Source: Vicinamibacterales bacterium
GTDB lineage: Bacteria > Acidobacteriota > Vicinamibacteria > Vicinamibacterales > UBA2999
Direction: 5' to 3'
NCBI GenBank assembly: GCA_050247355.1
Contig: JBFWUK010000010.1
Span: 4,751 to 68,750, forward strand
DNA length: 64,000 nucleotides
Positions 7,741 through 17,141 of the stretch are shown here, piece by piece. The position numbers were made by a program, and so were the translations under genes. Position 1 is the first letter of the stretch. Every line of letters begins with the position of its first letter. Under the pieces are notes generated by a model that was not told where the DNA came from, ran no database searches, and saw nothing but the letters and a program-made list of their open reading frames with translations.

Positions 7741-9495
7741 GTGGACGCCGATCGCCGCCACACCCCGTACCGGCTGCTGACGCGGCACTTCCTGCGGCAG
7801 TTCCTCGAGAACGATCTGATCTCGCCGGAGGCCGACCGCACCCAACTGCTGGCCGTCGTCGGCGCCATGGTTTTGTGCCTGACCATGTTCATCAGCGTGT
7901 CGGTGTCGGCCAACTACGTGATGGTCATCCTGATGCCCGGACAACTGGCGGTGACGTCGCTCGACGACAAGTTCTTCTGCCTGTCGCTCGGCATGATCAC
8001 CACGGCGCTGCTGGCCGCCTCGCAGTGGGACAACCTGGCCATCGACCCGCGCGACGTGTCGATCCTGGAGCCGCTGCCGGTACGCGCCGGCACCATTCGG
8101 CGCGCGAAGTTGTCGGCGGTGGCGATCCTGGGAGCGACGGTCGCCGTTGGCGTCAGCGTGTTTCCGAGCGTCGTGTTCCCCTGGCTGCTGGTGTACAACC
8201 TCCGGCAACTCAGCCTGATCTCGTTGTTCGGGATCATGGCCACCCATGCCGTGGTGGCGGTGGCCGCGTCGGCGTTTGGCTACCTGGTGGTCATCGCGCT
8301 TCGCGAGGTGCTGGCCGCCACGCTCGGCCCGCGCTGGTTCACCCGCGTCTCGCCCTGGGTGCAGGGCGTGCTGATCGTCGTGCTCGGCAGCGCGCTGCTG
8401 TTGCTGCCGGCGGCGGCGAACCGGGTGGCCGAGCGAGGATTCCAGGGCTGGCGGGCCATGGCGCCGCCGACCTGGTTTCTCGGCGTGTACGAAGTCGCGG
8501 CCGGTCACCTGATGGCCGACTTGCCGCGCCGCGTGATGACGCCACGGCAGGCAGCCGGCGACCAGGTGGCGAGCGCGCTCTATCGCGAGCGGCGCGACCA
8601 GTTTCCGGCAATGGCCCGGCGGGCGCAGCTCGCGGTCGGGCTGACGCTCATGGTCGCCATCGTCGCGTACCTCTGGCAGGCACGGCGGCTGCCGGCGCTG
8701 GCGCCGGGGCCGCCGCCCTCGCGCCGCCGGCGCTGGCGGCTGGGTGGCTCGGTCGTCAGCGCGCTGCTGGCGCATCACCCGGCCATGCGTGCCGGCTTTG
8801 CCTTCACGCTGGCCGCCATGTGGCGCAGCAACACGCATCGGCTAACGCTGGCGTGTGCCGCCGCCGCCGGTTGCGCCATGGCCATCCTCTCGCTCTCCGG
8901 CGCGACGGTTGAAGCGGGCGCCGGCGCTTCGGCCCGGCTGCTGGCCATGCAGCCACTGCTCTTTGGCGCGTTGCTGGTCGGGTTTCGCCACGTGATTCGC
9001 GTGCCCGCCGAGTTGCGCGCCAACTGGGGCTTTCAACTGGCGTGGCGCGGCCGCGACCGGGCGTTCGTGACCGGCGCCAAGGGTGCCGCCCTCGTGGCGC
9101 TGGTGCTGCCCGCGCTTGCCGCACTGCTGCCGCTGTATGCATTCGTGCTTGGGCCACGGCAGGCATTCGTGCACGCGGGACTCGGCCTGGCCGGCGCCAT
9201 CGTGTTTCTCGAGGCGCTGCTGCTGCAGTACGACAAGGTGCCGTTCACCTGCACCTATGTCCCCAACGAGAACGCCAAGGCGCTGGTGCCCATCTACACC
9301 GTGGTGTTCTGCATGGCGGTGTCGGCCTTCGCTCGCATGCAGCACGAGGCGTTGCAGGGCGGCGTCGTCCGGGTGCTGATCACGCTGGCGGTGGTGTTCG
9401 GGGTGCTGCGGCTGATGTCGGCGACGCGGCCCCGGCTGCCGCTCGACTTCGACGAGGCGCCGGTCACCTTCCAGCGCCTCGGCCTGGGTCCCTGA
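7741..9495 (+). CDS. Large polytopic membrane protein, putative permease partner of the preceding ATPase
   Basis: GTG directly after the ATPase stop. 584 aa with many hydrophobic segments. No family motif recognised. Confidence 0.65.
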   Translation: MDADRRHTPYRLLTRHFLRQFLENDLISPEADRTQLLAVVGAMVLCLTMFISVSVSANYVMVILMPGQLAVTSLDDKFFCLSLGMITTALLAASQWDNLAIDPRDVSILEPLPVRAGTIRRAKLSAVAILGATVAVGVSVFPSVVFPWLLVYNLRQLSLISLFGIMATHAVVAVAASAFGYLVVIALREVLAATLGPRWFTRVSPWVQGVLIVVLGSALLLLPAAANRVAERGFQGWRAMAPPTWFLGVYEVAAGHLMADLPRRVMTPRQAAGDQVASALYRERRDQFPAMARRAQLAVGLTLMVAIVAYLWQARRLPALAPGPPPSRRRRWRLGGSVVSALLAHHPAMRAGFAFTLAAMWRSNTHRLTLACAAAAGCAMAILSLSGATVEAGAGASARLLAMQPLLFGALLVGFRHVIRVPAELRANWGFQLAWRGRDRAFVTGAKGAALVALVLPALAALLPLYAFVLGPRQAFVHAGLGLAGAIVFLEALLLQYDKVPFTCTYVPNENAKALVPIYTVVFCMAVSAFARMQHEALQGGVVRVLITLAVVFGVLRLMSATRPRLPLDFDEAPVTFQRLGLGP

Positions 9496-9531
9496 CCGTT
9501 GCCTGGTTTTGCACCGCGGTAAACTGGAGGC

Positions 9532-9735
9532 ATGGAAATCGCCCGAGAGCGCTTTCTCGACGACACCCGCACCTACCACCTGTCGATTGGCCTCCGCAGC
9601 CGCACGACCGCCGCTCACAGCCTGCTGACGTCGCTGACGGATGACGAACGGGCCCAGGTCAGCGCGGCCATCGTGCGAGCCCTCGATGAAGTGGAGCGGA
9701 TCGTCCGCCCGAACCTGTCAGACCCGCCCAGGTAG
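9532..9735 (+). CDS. Hypothetical small protein (67 aa)
   Basis: Non-repetitive, reasonably balanced composition in an otherwise unassigned gap. No motif and a poor SD spacing. Confidence 0.3.
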   Translation: MEIARERFLDDTRTYHLSIGLRSRTTAAHSLLTSLTDDERAQVSAAIVRALDEVERIVRPNLSDPPR

Positions 9736-9861
9736 CCGTCACGGCATCACGTTTCCGGTCATCTACTACCGCGCCTCGTTGTCGTGGTACATTCCCTGCG
9801 CGCTCCGCCTCCACTCGATCAGAACCCTGGCGAGCAACGGCGAGACGCACGGAGGATCTGG

Positions 9862-12800
9862 ATGTTCCGAAAGTCTTGTTTGCTTGTCTTGCTTGCCACC
9901 CTGATTGCGCCCGGCGGCGCGTCCCACCTTCGCGCTGAACAGGCTCCGGCCGGCGCGGCGGCGCGGGCAGCGGCCCCGGCCCCGGCCGCCGCGACAGCGG
10001 CGCCAGCTGATCCATTCGCAGGCTTGGTCTTCCGTAACATCGGCCCGGCCACCATGGGCGGCCGCGTCGATGACCTCGCCGTGCTCGAATCGAACCCCGC
10101 CGTCTTCTACGTCGGCACCGCCACCGGCGGCCTGTGGAAGACCGTGAACAACGGCACGACGTGGGACGTGCTGTTCGACGACCTGGACGACGCGGTGTCG
10201 ATTGGCGACATCGCCATCAACCCGAACGACGCCAACACCGTGTGGGTCGGCAGCGGCGAGAACAACAACCGGCAAAGCGGCTCGTGGGGCAACGGCGTCT
10301 ACAAGTCGACCGACGGCGGCCGCACGTGGAAGAACGTCGGCCTCCCCAACTCCCGGCACATCGCCCGCATCATCGTCGACCCGGTGGATCACGACGTGGT
10401 CTACGTCGCGGCCCTGGGCAGCTTGTGGGGCCCGGGCGGCGAGCGCGGCGTCTACAAGACCACCGACGGCGGCCTGACCTGGGCCCGCGTCCTCCACGTC
10501 GATGACGACACCGGCGCCACCGAGCTGGTGATGGATCCGTCGAACAACAAGGTAATCTACGCCGCGACCTACCAGCGGCGGCGCGCCACCTGGGGCTTCA
10601 ATGGCGGCGGCCCCGGCAGCGCCATGTGGAAGTCGAGCGACGCCGGCCGCACCTGGACCAAGCTGACGCAGGGCGTGCCGGCCGGCCACCTCGGCCGCAT
10701 CGGCATGGACGTCTACCGCTCCAACCCCAACATCCTCTACGCGCGGATCGAGCACGCCACCGAAAGCGGCACCTACCGATCCGACGACGCCGGACTGTCG
10801 TGGCGGAAGATGTCGAGCGTCAACCCGCGGCCGATGTATTTCAGCCAGGTGCGGATCGATCCCAACAACGATCTGCGCATTTACGTGCTCGGCGTGCAGA
10901 TTCACATCTCGGACGACGGCGGCAAGACGTTCATCCAGAATGGCACGCTGCACTCCGATCACCACGCCATGTGGATTAACCCGAAGAACTCGAACCACAT
11001 CATCGACGGCACCGACGGCGGCATCGGCATCAGCTGGGACAAGGGCGCGACGTGGGAGGCGGTCTACAACATGGACCTCGGGCAGTTCTACCACGTCACC
11101 TACGACATGGAGACGCCCTACAACGTGTGCGGCGGCCTGCAGGACAACTACACCTGGTGCGGCCCGACCGCGGTGCGCAGCCGCACCGGCATTGCCAATG
11201 ACCAGTGGTTTCAGATTCACGGCGGCGACGGCTTCGAGGCGCAGATCGATCCGACCAACCCGCGCATCATCTACGCCGAGTCGCAGGACGGCAACATCTC
11301 GCGCATCGATCGCGTCAGCAACGAGCGCAAGTCGATCCGGCCGCTGCCGGCCCGCGGCGAGGCGCCGCTGCGCTGGAACTGGAACACGCCAATCCTGATG
11401 TCGCCGCACGATCCGGCGACGATTTACGTCGGCGCCAACAAGGTCTTCAAGTCCACCGACCGCGGCCAGAGCTGGACCGCGATCAGCCCCGACCTGACCG
11501 AGGGCACCGATCGCGACGGCCTGTCGCTGATGGGCGTGACCGGCAAGGAAGTCACGATCGCGAGAAACGACGGCGTCGGCTCGTACGGCAACATCGTCCA
11601 GCTGGTCGAGTCGCCGAAGCAGGCGGGCGTGCTCTATGCCGGCACCGACGATGGCCAGGTGCACATGACCAAGGACGGCAAGACCTGGACCAACATCACC
11701 GGCAAGTTCCCGGGCGTGCCGAAGAACTCGTACGTGTCGCGGCTGACCGCCTCGGCCCACGAAGTGAACGTCGTCTATGCGACGTTCGACAACCACCGCG
11801 CCAACGACATGGGCACCTACGTCTACGCCAGCGTTGACGGCGGCAACAACTTCCGCTCGATCGGCGAGGGCATCTCCAAGGGCCATGCCGTGACCGCGAT
11901 GGCCGAGGACCCGAAGAACCCGAACGTGCTCTACACCGGCACCGAGTTCGGCATCTTCGTCAGCCCCGATCGCGGCGGCAAGTGGACGCGGATCAAGTCG
12001 AACCTGCCGACGGCGCCGATCCACGAGATCATCTTCCACCCGCGCGACAACGACATGATCGTCGCCACCCACGGCCGCAGCATCTGGATTCTGGACGACG
12101 CGACGCCGCTGCAGCAGTACGCGGACGCGACGAAGAGCGATGCGTTCCTGTTCGACATGCGCGGCGCCATGCAGTTCAACCCGGCCAACGATCGCGGCTT
12201 CGTCAGCGACAAGCCGTTCTTCGGCAAGAACCCGACCTACGGCGCGGCGATCAGCTACTACCTGTCGAAGCCGCAGACCAACGTCGCGCTGCGGATTCGC
12301 GACGCCGCCGGCACCCAGGTGCGCGAGATCACCGGCAACGACCTTCGCGACGCCCGCGCCGCCGGCATCAACCGGATCTACTGGGACCTGCGGCATCAGC
12401 CGCTGCCACCGCTGGCCGGCCAGCCGCAAGGCGGCGGTGGCGGCGGCTTCGGGGGTGGCGGCAACAACGGCCCCAACGTGATGCCCGGCGACTATCGCGT
12501 CACGCTGGTCGTTGACGGCAAGGACGTGGCCACCAAGACGGTGCGCGTGTCGGGCGACAAGGACATGCAGATGACCGACGCCGAACGCAAGACCTGGCAC
12601 GACACCGCGCTCGCCCTGCACGACCTGCAGCGGGTCGCCAACGCCGCCGCCGAGGCGGTGACCACGCTGGGCACGCAGGTGACCGCGGCCGAAGGCCTGG
12701 TGAAGACGGCGGCCAACGTGCCGGCGGCCGGCCAGAACGCGCTGGCCGACGTGAACACGAAGCTGGCTGACCTGCGCCGGCGCCTGGGCGTAGGCCAGGG

Positions 12801-13080
12801 CGGTCCTGGCGGCGGAGGCGGAGGCGGTGGCTTTGGCGGACAGCAGGCCAACGTGCGCGGCCAGCTCGGCCAGACGAAGGGGCAGATCATGAACTCGACG
12901 TCGATGCCGACGGCGCAGCAGATGCGCATTGCCGGCGAACTGCGCGAGGACATGGCCAAGCTGGTCAGTGACACCAACGACCTGATGGCGGCCGTCTCGG
13001 CGATGTACGATGCCCTCGGCGCGAGCGGGGCCAAGCCGGCGGTGTTGAAGCCGGTCGGGCCGCTGCCGGCCGCAAGGTAA
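9862..13080 (+). CDS. Secreted BNR/Asp-box repeat, Sortilin/VPS10-type beta-propeller protein
   Basis: GGAGGA-N6-ATG start. Signal peptide MFRKSCLLVLLATLIAPGGA. Repeated Asp-box-like motifs (SxDxGxTW: STDGGRTWK, TTDGGLTWA, SSDAGRTWT, SDDAGLSWR, SDDGGKTF, STDRGQSWT, TKDGKTWT, SPDRGGKWT). Gly-rich C-terminal linkers. Confidence 0.85.
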   Translation: MFRKSCLLVLLATLIAPGGASHLRAEQAPAGAAARAAAPAPAAATAAPADPFAGLVFRNIGPATMGGRVDDLAVLESNPAVFYVGTATGGLWKTVNNGTTWDVLFDDLDDAVSIGDIAINPNDANTVWVGSGENNNRQSGSWGNGVYKSTDGGRTWKNVGLPNSRHIARIIVDPVDHDVVYVAALGSLWGPGGERGVYKTTDGGLTWARVLHVDDDTGATELVMDPSNNKVIYAATYQRRRATWGFNGGGPGSAMWKSSDAGRTWTKLTQGVPAGHLGRIGMDVYRSNPNILYARIEHATESGTYRSDDAGLSWRKMSSVNPRPMYFSQVRIDPNNDLRIYVLGVQIHISDDGGKTFIQNGTLHSDHHAMWINPKNSNHIIDGTDGGIGISWDKGATWEAVYNMDLGQFYHVTYDMETPYNVCGGLQDNYTWCGPTAVRSRTGIANDQWFQIHGGDGFEAQIDPTNPRIIYAESQDGNISRIDRVSNERKSIRPLPARGEAPLRWNWNTPILMSPHDPATIYVGANKVFKSTDRGQSWTAISPDLTEGTDRDGLSLMGVTGKEVTIARNDGVGSYGNIVQLVESPKQAGVLYAGTDDGQVHMTKDGKTWTNITGKFPGVPKNSYVSRLTASAHEVNVVYATFDNHRANDMGTYVYASVDGGNNFRSIGEGISKGHAVTAMAEDPKNPNVLYTGTEFGIFVSPDRGGKWTRIKSNLPTAPIHEIIFHPRDNDMIVATHGRSIWILDDATPLQQYADATKSDAFLFDMRGAMQFNPANDRGFVSDKPFFGKNPTYGAAISYYLSKPQTNVALRIRDAAGTQVREITGNDLRDARAAGINRIYWDLRHQPLPPLAGQPQGGGGGGFGGGGNNGPNVMPGDYRVTLVVDGKDVATKTVRVSGDKDMQMTDAERKTWHDTALALHDLQRVANAAAEAVTTLGTQVTAAEGLVKTAANVPAAGQNALADVNTKLADLRRRLGVGQGGPGGGGGGGGFGGQQANVRGQLGQTKGQIMNSTSMPTAQQMRIAGELREDMAKLVSDTNDLMAAVSAMYDALGASGAKPAVLKPVGPLPAAR

Positions 13081-13085
13081 GACCG

Positions 13086-13147
13086 GGTCCGGCTGAAGCC
13101 GGACGCCACATGGGCAGTACGGATGTGGAGTCCGCTTCAGGCGGACC
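13086..13147. repeat. REP-like element: one consensus copy (13086-13113) plus an inverted diverged copy (13123-13147) forming a long imperfect palindrome
   Basis: GGTCCGGCTGAAGCCGGACGCCACATGG, an 11-nt gap, then ATGTGGAGTCCGCTTCAGGCGGACC. The diverged copy keeps its stem through paired G:C to C:G changes. Confidence 0.85.
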
Positions 13148-13164
13148 AACTTTGGAGGAATGAC

Positions 13165-13803
13165 ATGAAACGGATCGTCGTGTTGGGATTTGCACTGGCC
13201 TTGATGGCGCCGAGCGCGCCGGCGGTGACCGCGCAGGGCAACATGAGTTTCTTCATCACCAGCGTGGGCTCGGGCAAGGGCGCCGATCTCGGCGGCCTGG
13301 CCGGCGCCGATGCGCACTGCCAGGCGCTGGCGAAGGCGGCCGGCGCGGGCAATCGTGAGTGGCGCGCCTACCTGAGCGCGACCGCGGCCAATGGCCAGCC
13401 GGCGGTGAACGCGAAGGATCGCATTGGCACGGGCCCGTGGTTCAACGCCAAGGGCGTGCAGGTGGCGGCCAACGTCGCCGACCTGCACAGCGACAACAAC
13501 AAATTGTCGAAGGAGAACTCGCTCACCGAGAAGGGCGGGGTGGTCAATGGCCGCGGCGACAAGCCGAACCAGCACGACATCCTGACCGGCAGCAACCTGG
13601 ACGGCACCGTGTCGGGCGCGACCTGCAACAACTGGACGAGCTCGGCCGGTGACGGCAGCGCCACCGTCGGTCACCACGATCGCCAGGGCGGCGGCGCCAA
13701 CCCCACGTCGTGGCACTCGGCCCACCCGTCGAAGGGCTGCGGCCTCGACAACCTGCGCGCCACCGGCGGCGAGGCCTACTTCTACTGCTTCGCGGCCAAG
13801 TAG
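13165..13803 (+). CDS. Secreted Cys-containing conserved hypothetical protein (possibly lectin-like fold)
   Basis: GGAGGA-N6-ATG start. Signal peptide MKRIVVLGFALALMAPSAPAVTA. Conserved-looking blocks MSFFITS, GADAHCQALA, HDILTGS, CNNWTS, GHHDRQGGG and YFYCFA. Confidence 0.8.
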   Translation: MKRIVVLGFALALMAPSAPAVTAQGNMSFFITSVGSGKGADLGGLAGADAHCQALAKAAGAGNREWRAYLSATAANGQPAVNAKDRIGTGPWFNAKGVQVAANVADLHSDNNKLSKENSLTEKGGVVNGRGDKPNQHDILTGSNLDGTVSGATCNNWTSSAGDGSATVGHHDRQGGGANPTSWHSAHPSKGCGLDNLRATGGEAYFYCFAAK

Positions 13804-13816
13804 CCGGCACCGGGCA

Positions 13817-13844
13817 GGGGCGGGCGCTGGCGCCCGCCCCTTTT
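13817..13844 (+). terminator. Rho-independent terminator
   Basis: Perfect 10-bp stem GGGGCGGGCG, loop CTGG, CGCCCGCCCC, followed by TTTT. Lies 14 nt after the stop at 13803. Confidence 0.85.
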
Positions 13845-13868
13845 CGGCGCATACTTCCTCGCACTCAG

Positions 13869-16319
13869 GTGCCCACCGACCGACCCGTCCGTTCCCGCGT
13901 TCCCAAAGGCGCTGCCGCGATTGTCATCGTGGCGGTCCTGCTGATCGCCGGCATCTGGGCCTACACCATCGATCGCGGCCGCACCGAGCGGATCGAGGCG
14001 ACCACCGCCGAGTTCGACAAGAACGCCAACCTTGCCCTGGCCCTCGACGTCCACACCAATCGCCTGCTCAAGGGCCTCGACTACTTCCTGCTGCTGATCC
14101 AGGCGCAGCACCAGGGCGCCGGCGCGCGGGCGCCGATGCCCCTCGACCGGCTGGTCGGGCCGGCGTTCGCCGACACGTTATCGATCACCTTCATCGGCGT
14201 GACCAACGAGCACGGCGACGTGATCGAATCGCGGCAGACGTTTCAGCCGACCAACATTGCCGATCGCGATTTCTTCCGCCGCCAGCAGCGCGGCGAAGCG
14301 CCGGGCCTGCTGATCTCGGAGCCGGTGCTCGGCCGCATCAGCGGCCGGTGGGCGATCACTTTGACGCGGCGGATTGACAAGCCCGACGGCGCGTTCGGCG
14401 GCATCGTCGCGATCTCGATCGAGCCCCGTTACCTGACCGAGTTGTTCGAGGCCACCAGCCTGGGCTCGGCCGACGTGATCTCGCTGGTGCTCGAGAACGG
14501 CATCACCCTGGCCCGCCGGCGCGGGCCGGCGCTCGAGTTCGGCGAGGACATTTCGCGCTCGCAGCTGATTGCGGAGCACGGCCGCCGGCGGGAAGGCAGC
14601 TACACCGGCCCGGGCGGCGTCGACGGCCAGCGGCGGATGTTCAACTACCGGCGGATGCAGGACTACCCGGTGATCGTGACCATCGGCACGCTCGAAGCCG
14701 ACGTCATGGCGCCGGTGATTCGCCGGGCGCGGCGCAACGCGCTGACCGCCGCCCTGGCCACCCTGTTCATCGGCGTGGTCAGCGTCGCCGCGATTGTGAT
14801 GCTGGGCCGGGAGCAGGGCGCCAACGACCGCGTGCGCGAGCAGGCCTCGCTGCTCGACAAGGCCCAGGACGCCATCATCGTCACCGGCATGGACCGCCGG
14901 ATTAGCTACTGGAACAAGAGCGCCGAGCGCCTCTACGGCTGGACCGCCGCCGAAGCGACGGGACGGGTCGTCACCGAGTTGTTCTATACGGCCGGTGGCG
15001 CCGACGAGGCTAACGCGGCCTACGACAGCACGCTGCGCGACGGCGAGTGGACCGGCGAGCTGCGGCCGGCCGGCAAGGATGGGCGGGTGGTGATTGTCGA
15101 GAGCCGCTTCACCCTGGTCCGCGATCAACAGGGCCGTCCCGCGAGCGTGTTGTCGATCAACACCGATGTGTCCGAGCGCCGGCAACTGGAGCACCAGTTC
15201 TACCGGGCGCAGCGCATGGAGAGCATTGGCACGCTGGCCGGCGGCATTGCCCACGACCTGAACAACGTGCTGCAGCCGATCGTGATGGCGGTCGAGCTGC
15301 TCAAGGACCGTGTGACCGAGCCCAACGACCGCGAGGTGCTGGCCACCATCGGTGCCAGTGCCGCCCGCGGCGCCGAGATGGTGCGGCAAGTGCTGTCGTT
15401 CGCGCGCGGGCTCGAGGGACGGCGGGTCGAGATCGACCCCGCCGAGCTGGTGACCGAAGTGGCCCGCATCGCGCGCGACACGCTGCCGCGAACCGTCGAC
15501 ATCCGGACCGCGGTCGAGCCCGGCCTGCCGGTGGTCGTGGGCGACCCGACGCAGCTGCACCAGGTGCTGCTCAACCTGTGCGTCAACGCCCGCGACGCCA
15601 TGCCGGCCGGCGGCCAGTTGACGATCGCCGCCGGCGTCGCCTGGGTCGAAGGCCCGATCGGCCTCGAACTGCCGCCGGGACGCTACGTGAAGATCGAGGT
15701 ACGCGACACCGGTAGCGGCATCCCGGCGGCGATTGCCGACAAGATCTTCGATCCGTTCTTCACGACCAAGGAACCAGGCAAGGGCACCGGGCTGGGCCTG
15801 TCGACCTCGCTGACCATCGTGAAGAGTCACGGCGGCCAAATCCGGGCCGTCAGCGAACCCGGTCGCGGCGCCTGTTTCGACGTTTACCTGCCGGCCGGTG
15901 CCGGCGCCGGCAGCGGACCGCTGATTGGCGCGCCGGCGCTGCCGCACGACGGCCGCGGCCAGATCGTGCTGGTCGTCGATGACGAGGCGGCGATTCGCAC
16001 CATCGCGCAGCGCACGCTCGAGTCGGCCGGCTACCGCGTGCTGCTGGCGCGCGACGGCGCCGAGGCGGTCAGCACGTTCGGCGCCAATCACCGGACGATT
16101 GCCGCGGTGATGCTGGACATGACCATGCCGGTGATGGCCGGCGTGCCGGCCATCCACGCCATGGCGCGCATCGACCCAACCGTGCCGATCATCGCCGTCA
16201 GCGGCATCAGCGGCAACGAACAGCCGGCGCGCGAGGCGAGCGCGCAGGTCAAGCTGTTCCTGCCCAAGCCGTTCACGACCGACACGTTCCTCAAGGCACT
16301 GCAGCAAGTGCTCGAATAG
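13869..16319 (+). CDS. Hybrid sensor histidine kinase (periplasmic Cache-like, PAS, HisKA, HATPase_c, receiver)
   Basis: N-terminal TM segment [16 protein letters not shown]-box [10 protein letters not shown]-boxes DTGSGIP and GTGLGLS. C-terminal REC domain (VLVVDDE...MLDMTMP...KPF). Confidence 0.9.
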   Translation: MPTDRPVRSRVPKGAAAIVIVAVLLIAGIWAYTIDRGRTERIEATTAEFDKNANLALALDVHTNRLLKGLDYFLLLIQAQHQGAGARAPMPLDRLVGPAFADTLSITFIGVTNEHGDVIESRQTFQPTNIADRDFFRRQQRGEAPGLLISEPVLGRISGRWAITLTRRIDKPDGAFGGIVAISIEPRYLTELFEATSLGSADVISLVLENGITLARRRGPALEFGEDISRSQLIAEHGRRREGSYTGPGGVDGQRRMFNYRRMQDYPVIVTIGTLEADVMAPVIRRARRNALTAALATLFIGVVSVAAIVMLGREQGANDRVREQASLLDKAQDAIIVTGMDRRISYWNKSAERLYGWTAAEATGRVVTELFYTAGGADEANAAYDSTLRDGEWTGELRPAGKDGRVVIVESRFTLVRDQQGRPASVLSINTDVSERRQLEHQFYRAQRMESIGTLAGGIAHDLNNVLQPIVMAVELLKDRVTEPNDREVLATIGASAARGAEMVRQVLSFARGLEGRRVEIDPAELVTEVARIARDTLPRTVDIRTAVEPGLPVVVGDPTQLHQVLLNLCVNARDAMPAGGQLTIAAGVAWVEGPIGLELPPGRYVKIEVRDTGSGIPAAIADKIFDPFFTTKEPGKGTGLGLSTSLTIVKSHGGQIRAVSEPGRGACFDVYLPAGAGAGSGPLIGAPALPHDGRGQIVLVVDDEAAIRTIAQRTLESAGYRVLLARDGAEAVSTFGANHRTIAAVMLDMTMPVMAGVPAIHAMARIDPTVPIIAVSGISGNEQPAREASAQVKLFLPKPFTTDTFLKALQQVLE

Positions 16320-16402
16320 GCGCCTGTTAGATCGTCGTCCAACGCGCAATCGCTGGGACGGCCGGCCGCCCCGGCGGCGGCGCTTCTACTAGAATTCCGG
16401 TC

Positions 16403-17141
16403 ATGCGATACCTGTCCTTCGCGATCGTGTTCGCGTGCGCCCTGCCAGCCGCTGCGACGGCACAAGAGTGGACGCAGTGGCGCGGACCGGCGCGCGACGG
16501 CGCGCTGCCGGCGGCGGTGGTGCCGGCGGCCTGGCCGGCGTCGGCCGTGCGCACCTGGCAGGTCGATGTGGGCGAAGGCTACGCCTCGCCGGTGGTGGCG
16601 GGCGGCCGCGCCTTCATCCACAGCCGCCGCGATCCCAACGAGGTCGTGACCGCCATCGACCTGGCGACCGGCACGGTCGCCTGGCGGCAGACATATGCGG
16701 CCGCGTTCCAGAAGAACCAGTACGCCGTCGAAATGGCGAAGGGCCCCAATTCGACGCCGCTGGTGTTTGGCACGCGGCTGTACACGCCTGGCGTCACCGG
16801 TGTGCTCTCGGCCTGGAACGTGGCCGACGGCACGCTGGCGTGGCGCCAGGATTACTCGGCGTCGATCGACACCTCGAAGCTGTTCTGCGGCACGGCCATG
16901 TCGCCGATGATCGAAGGCGGCTCGCTGATCGTCCAGGTGGGCGGCGACGTGCACGGCGGCCGGGTGCTGGCGCTCGATCCGGAGCGACCGGCAACGGTGG
17001 GCCTGGACCGGCCCCGGCTACGCCTCGCCCCTGGCCGTGACCATTGCCGGCGTTCGTCGGTTGATCACGCTGACCAACGGCTCGATCATCGGCCTGCTGG
17101 TGCGCGAAGCGACGGGCGTCACCCGGCTGGCGTGGCAGTGA
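16403..17141 (+). pseudogene. PQQ-like beta-propeller repeat protein, frameshifted near 16981 and apparently C-terminally truncated
   Basis: Signal peptide, then WTQWRGPARDG and repeated propeller blades (AIDLATGTVAWRQ, AWNVADGTLAWRQ). After LALDP the family-like text continues in another frame (SDRQRWAWTGPGYASPLAVTIAGVRRLITLTNGSIIGL...AWQ stop at 17139-17141). The total of about 245 aa is short for this family. Confidence 0.55.

Noticed and set aside
7738-7743. TAG-GTG junctions where the downstream gene is in the same frame as the upstream one (7738-7743 and 20651-20656). Stop-codon read-through fusion proteins were considered.
   Set aside because: The flanking proteins are complete, unrelated domains (ABC ATPase then a membrane protein; TPR-like protein then a hydrolase). 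A same-frame arrangement is expected by chance one time in three. No read-through context or structure is evident. Ordinary translational coupling is the simpler reading.
9766-13725. A 1319-aa ORF on the minus strand, the longest ORF in the track.
   Set aside because: It is antisense to the well-supported BNR/Sortilin gene (9862..13080) and to the 13165 gene. Its translation is Arg/Ala/Gly/Val/His-rich low-complexity text with no motifs. It is a typical shadow ORF of GC-rich DNA, where stop codons are rare.
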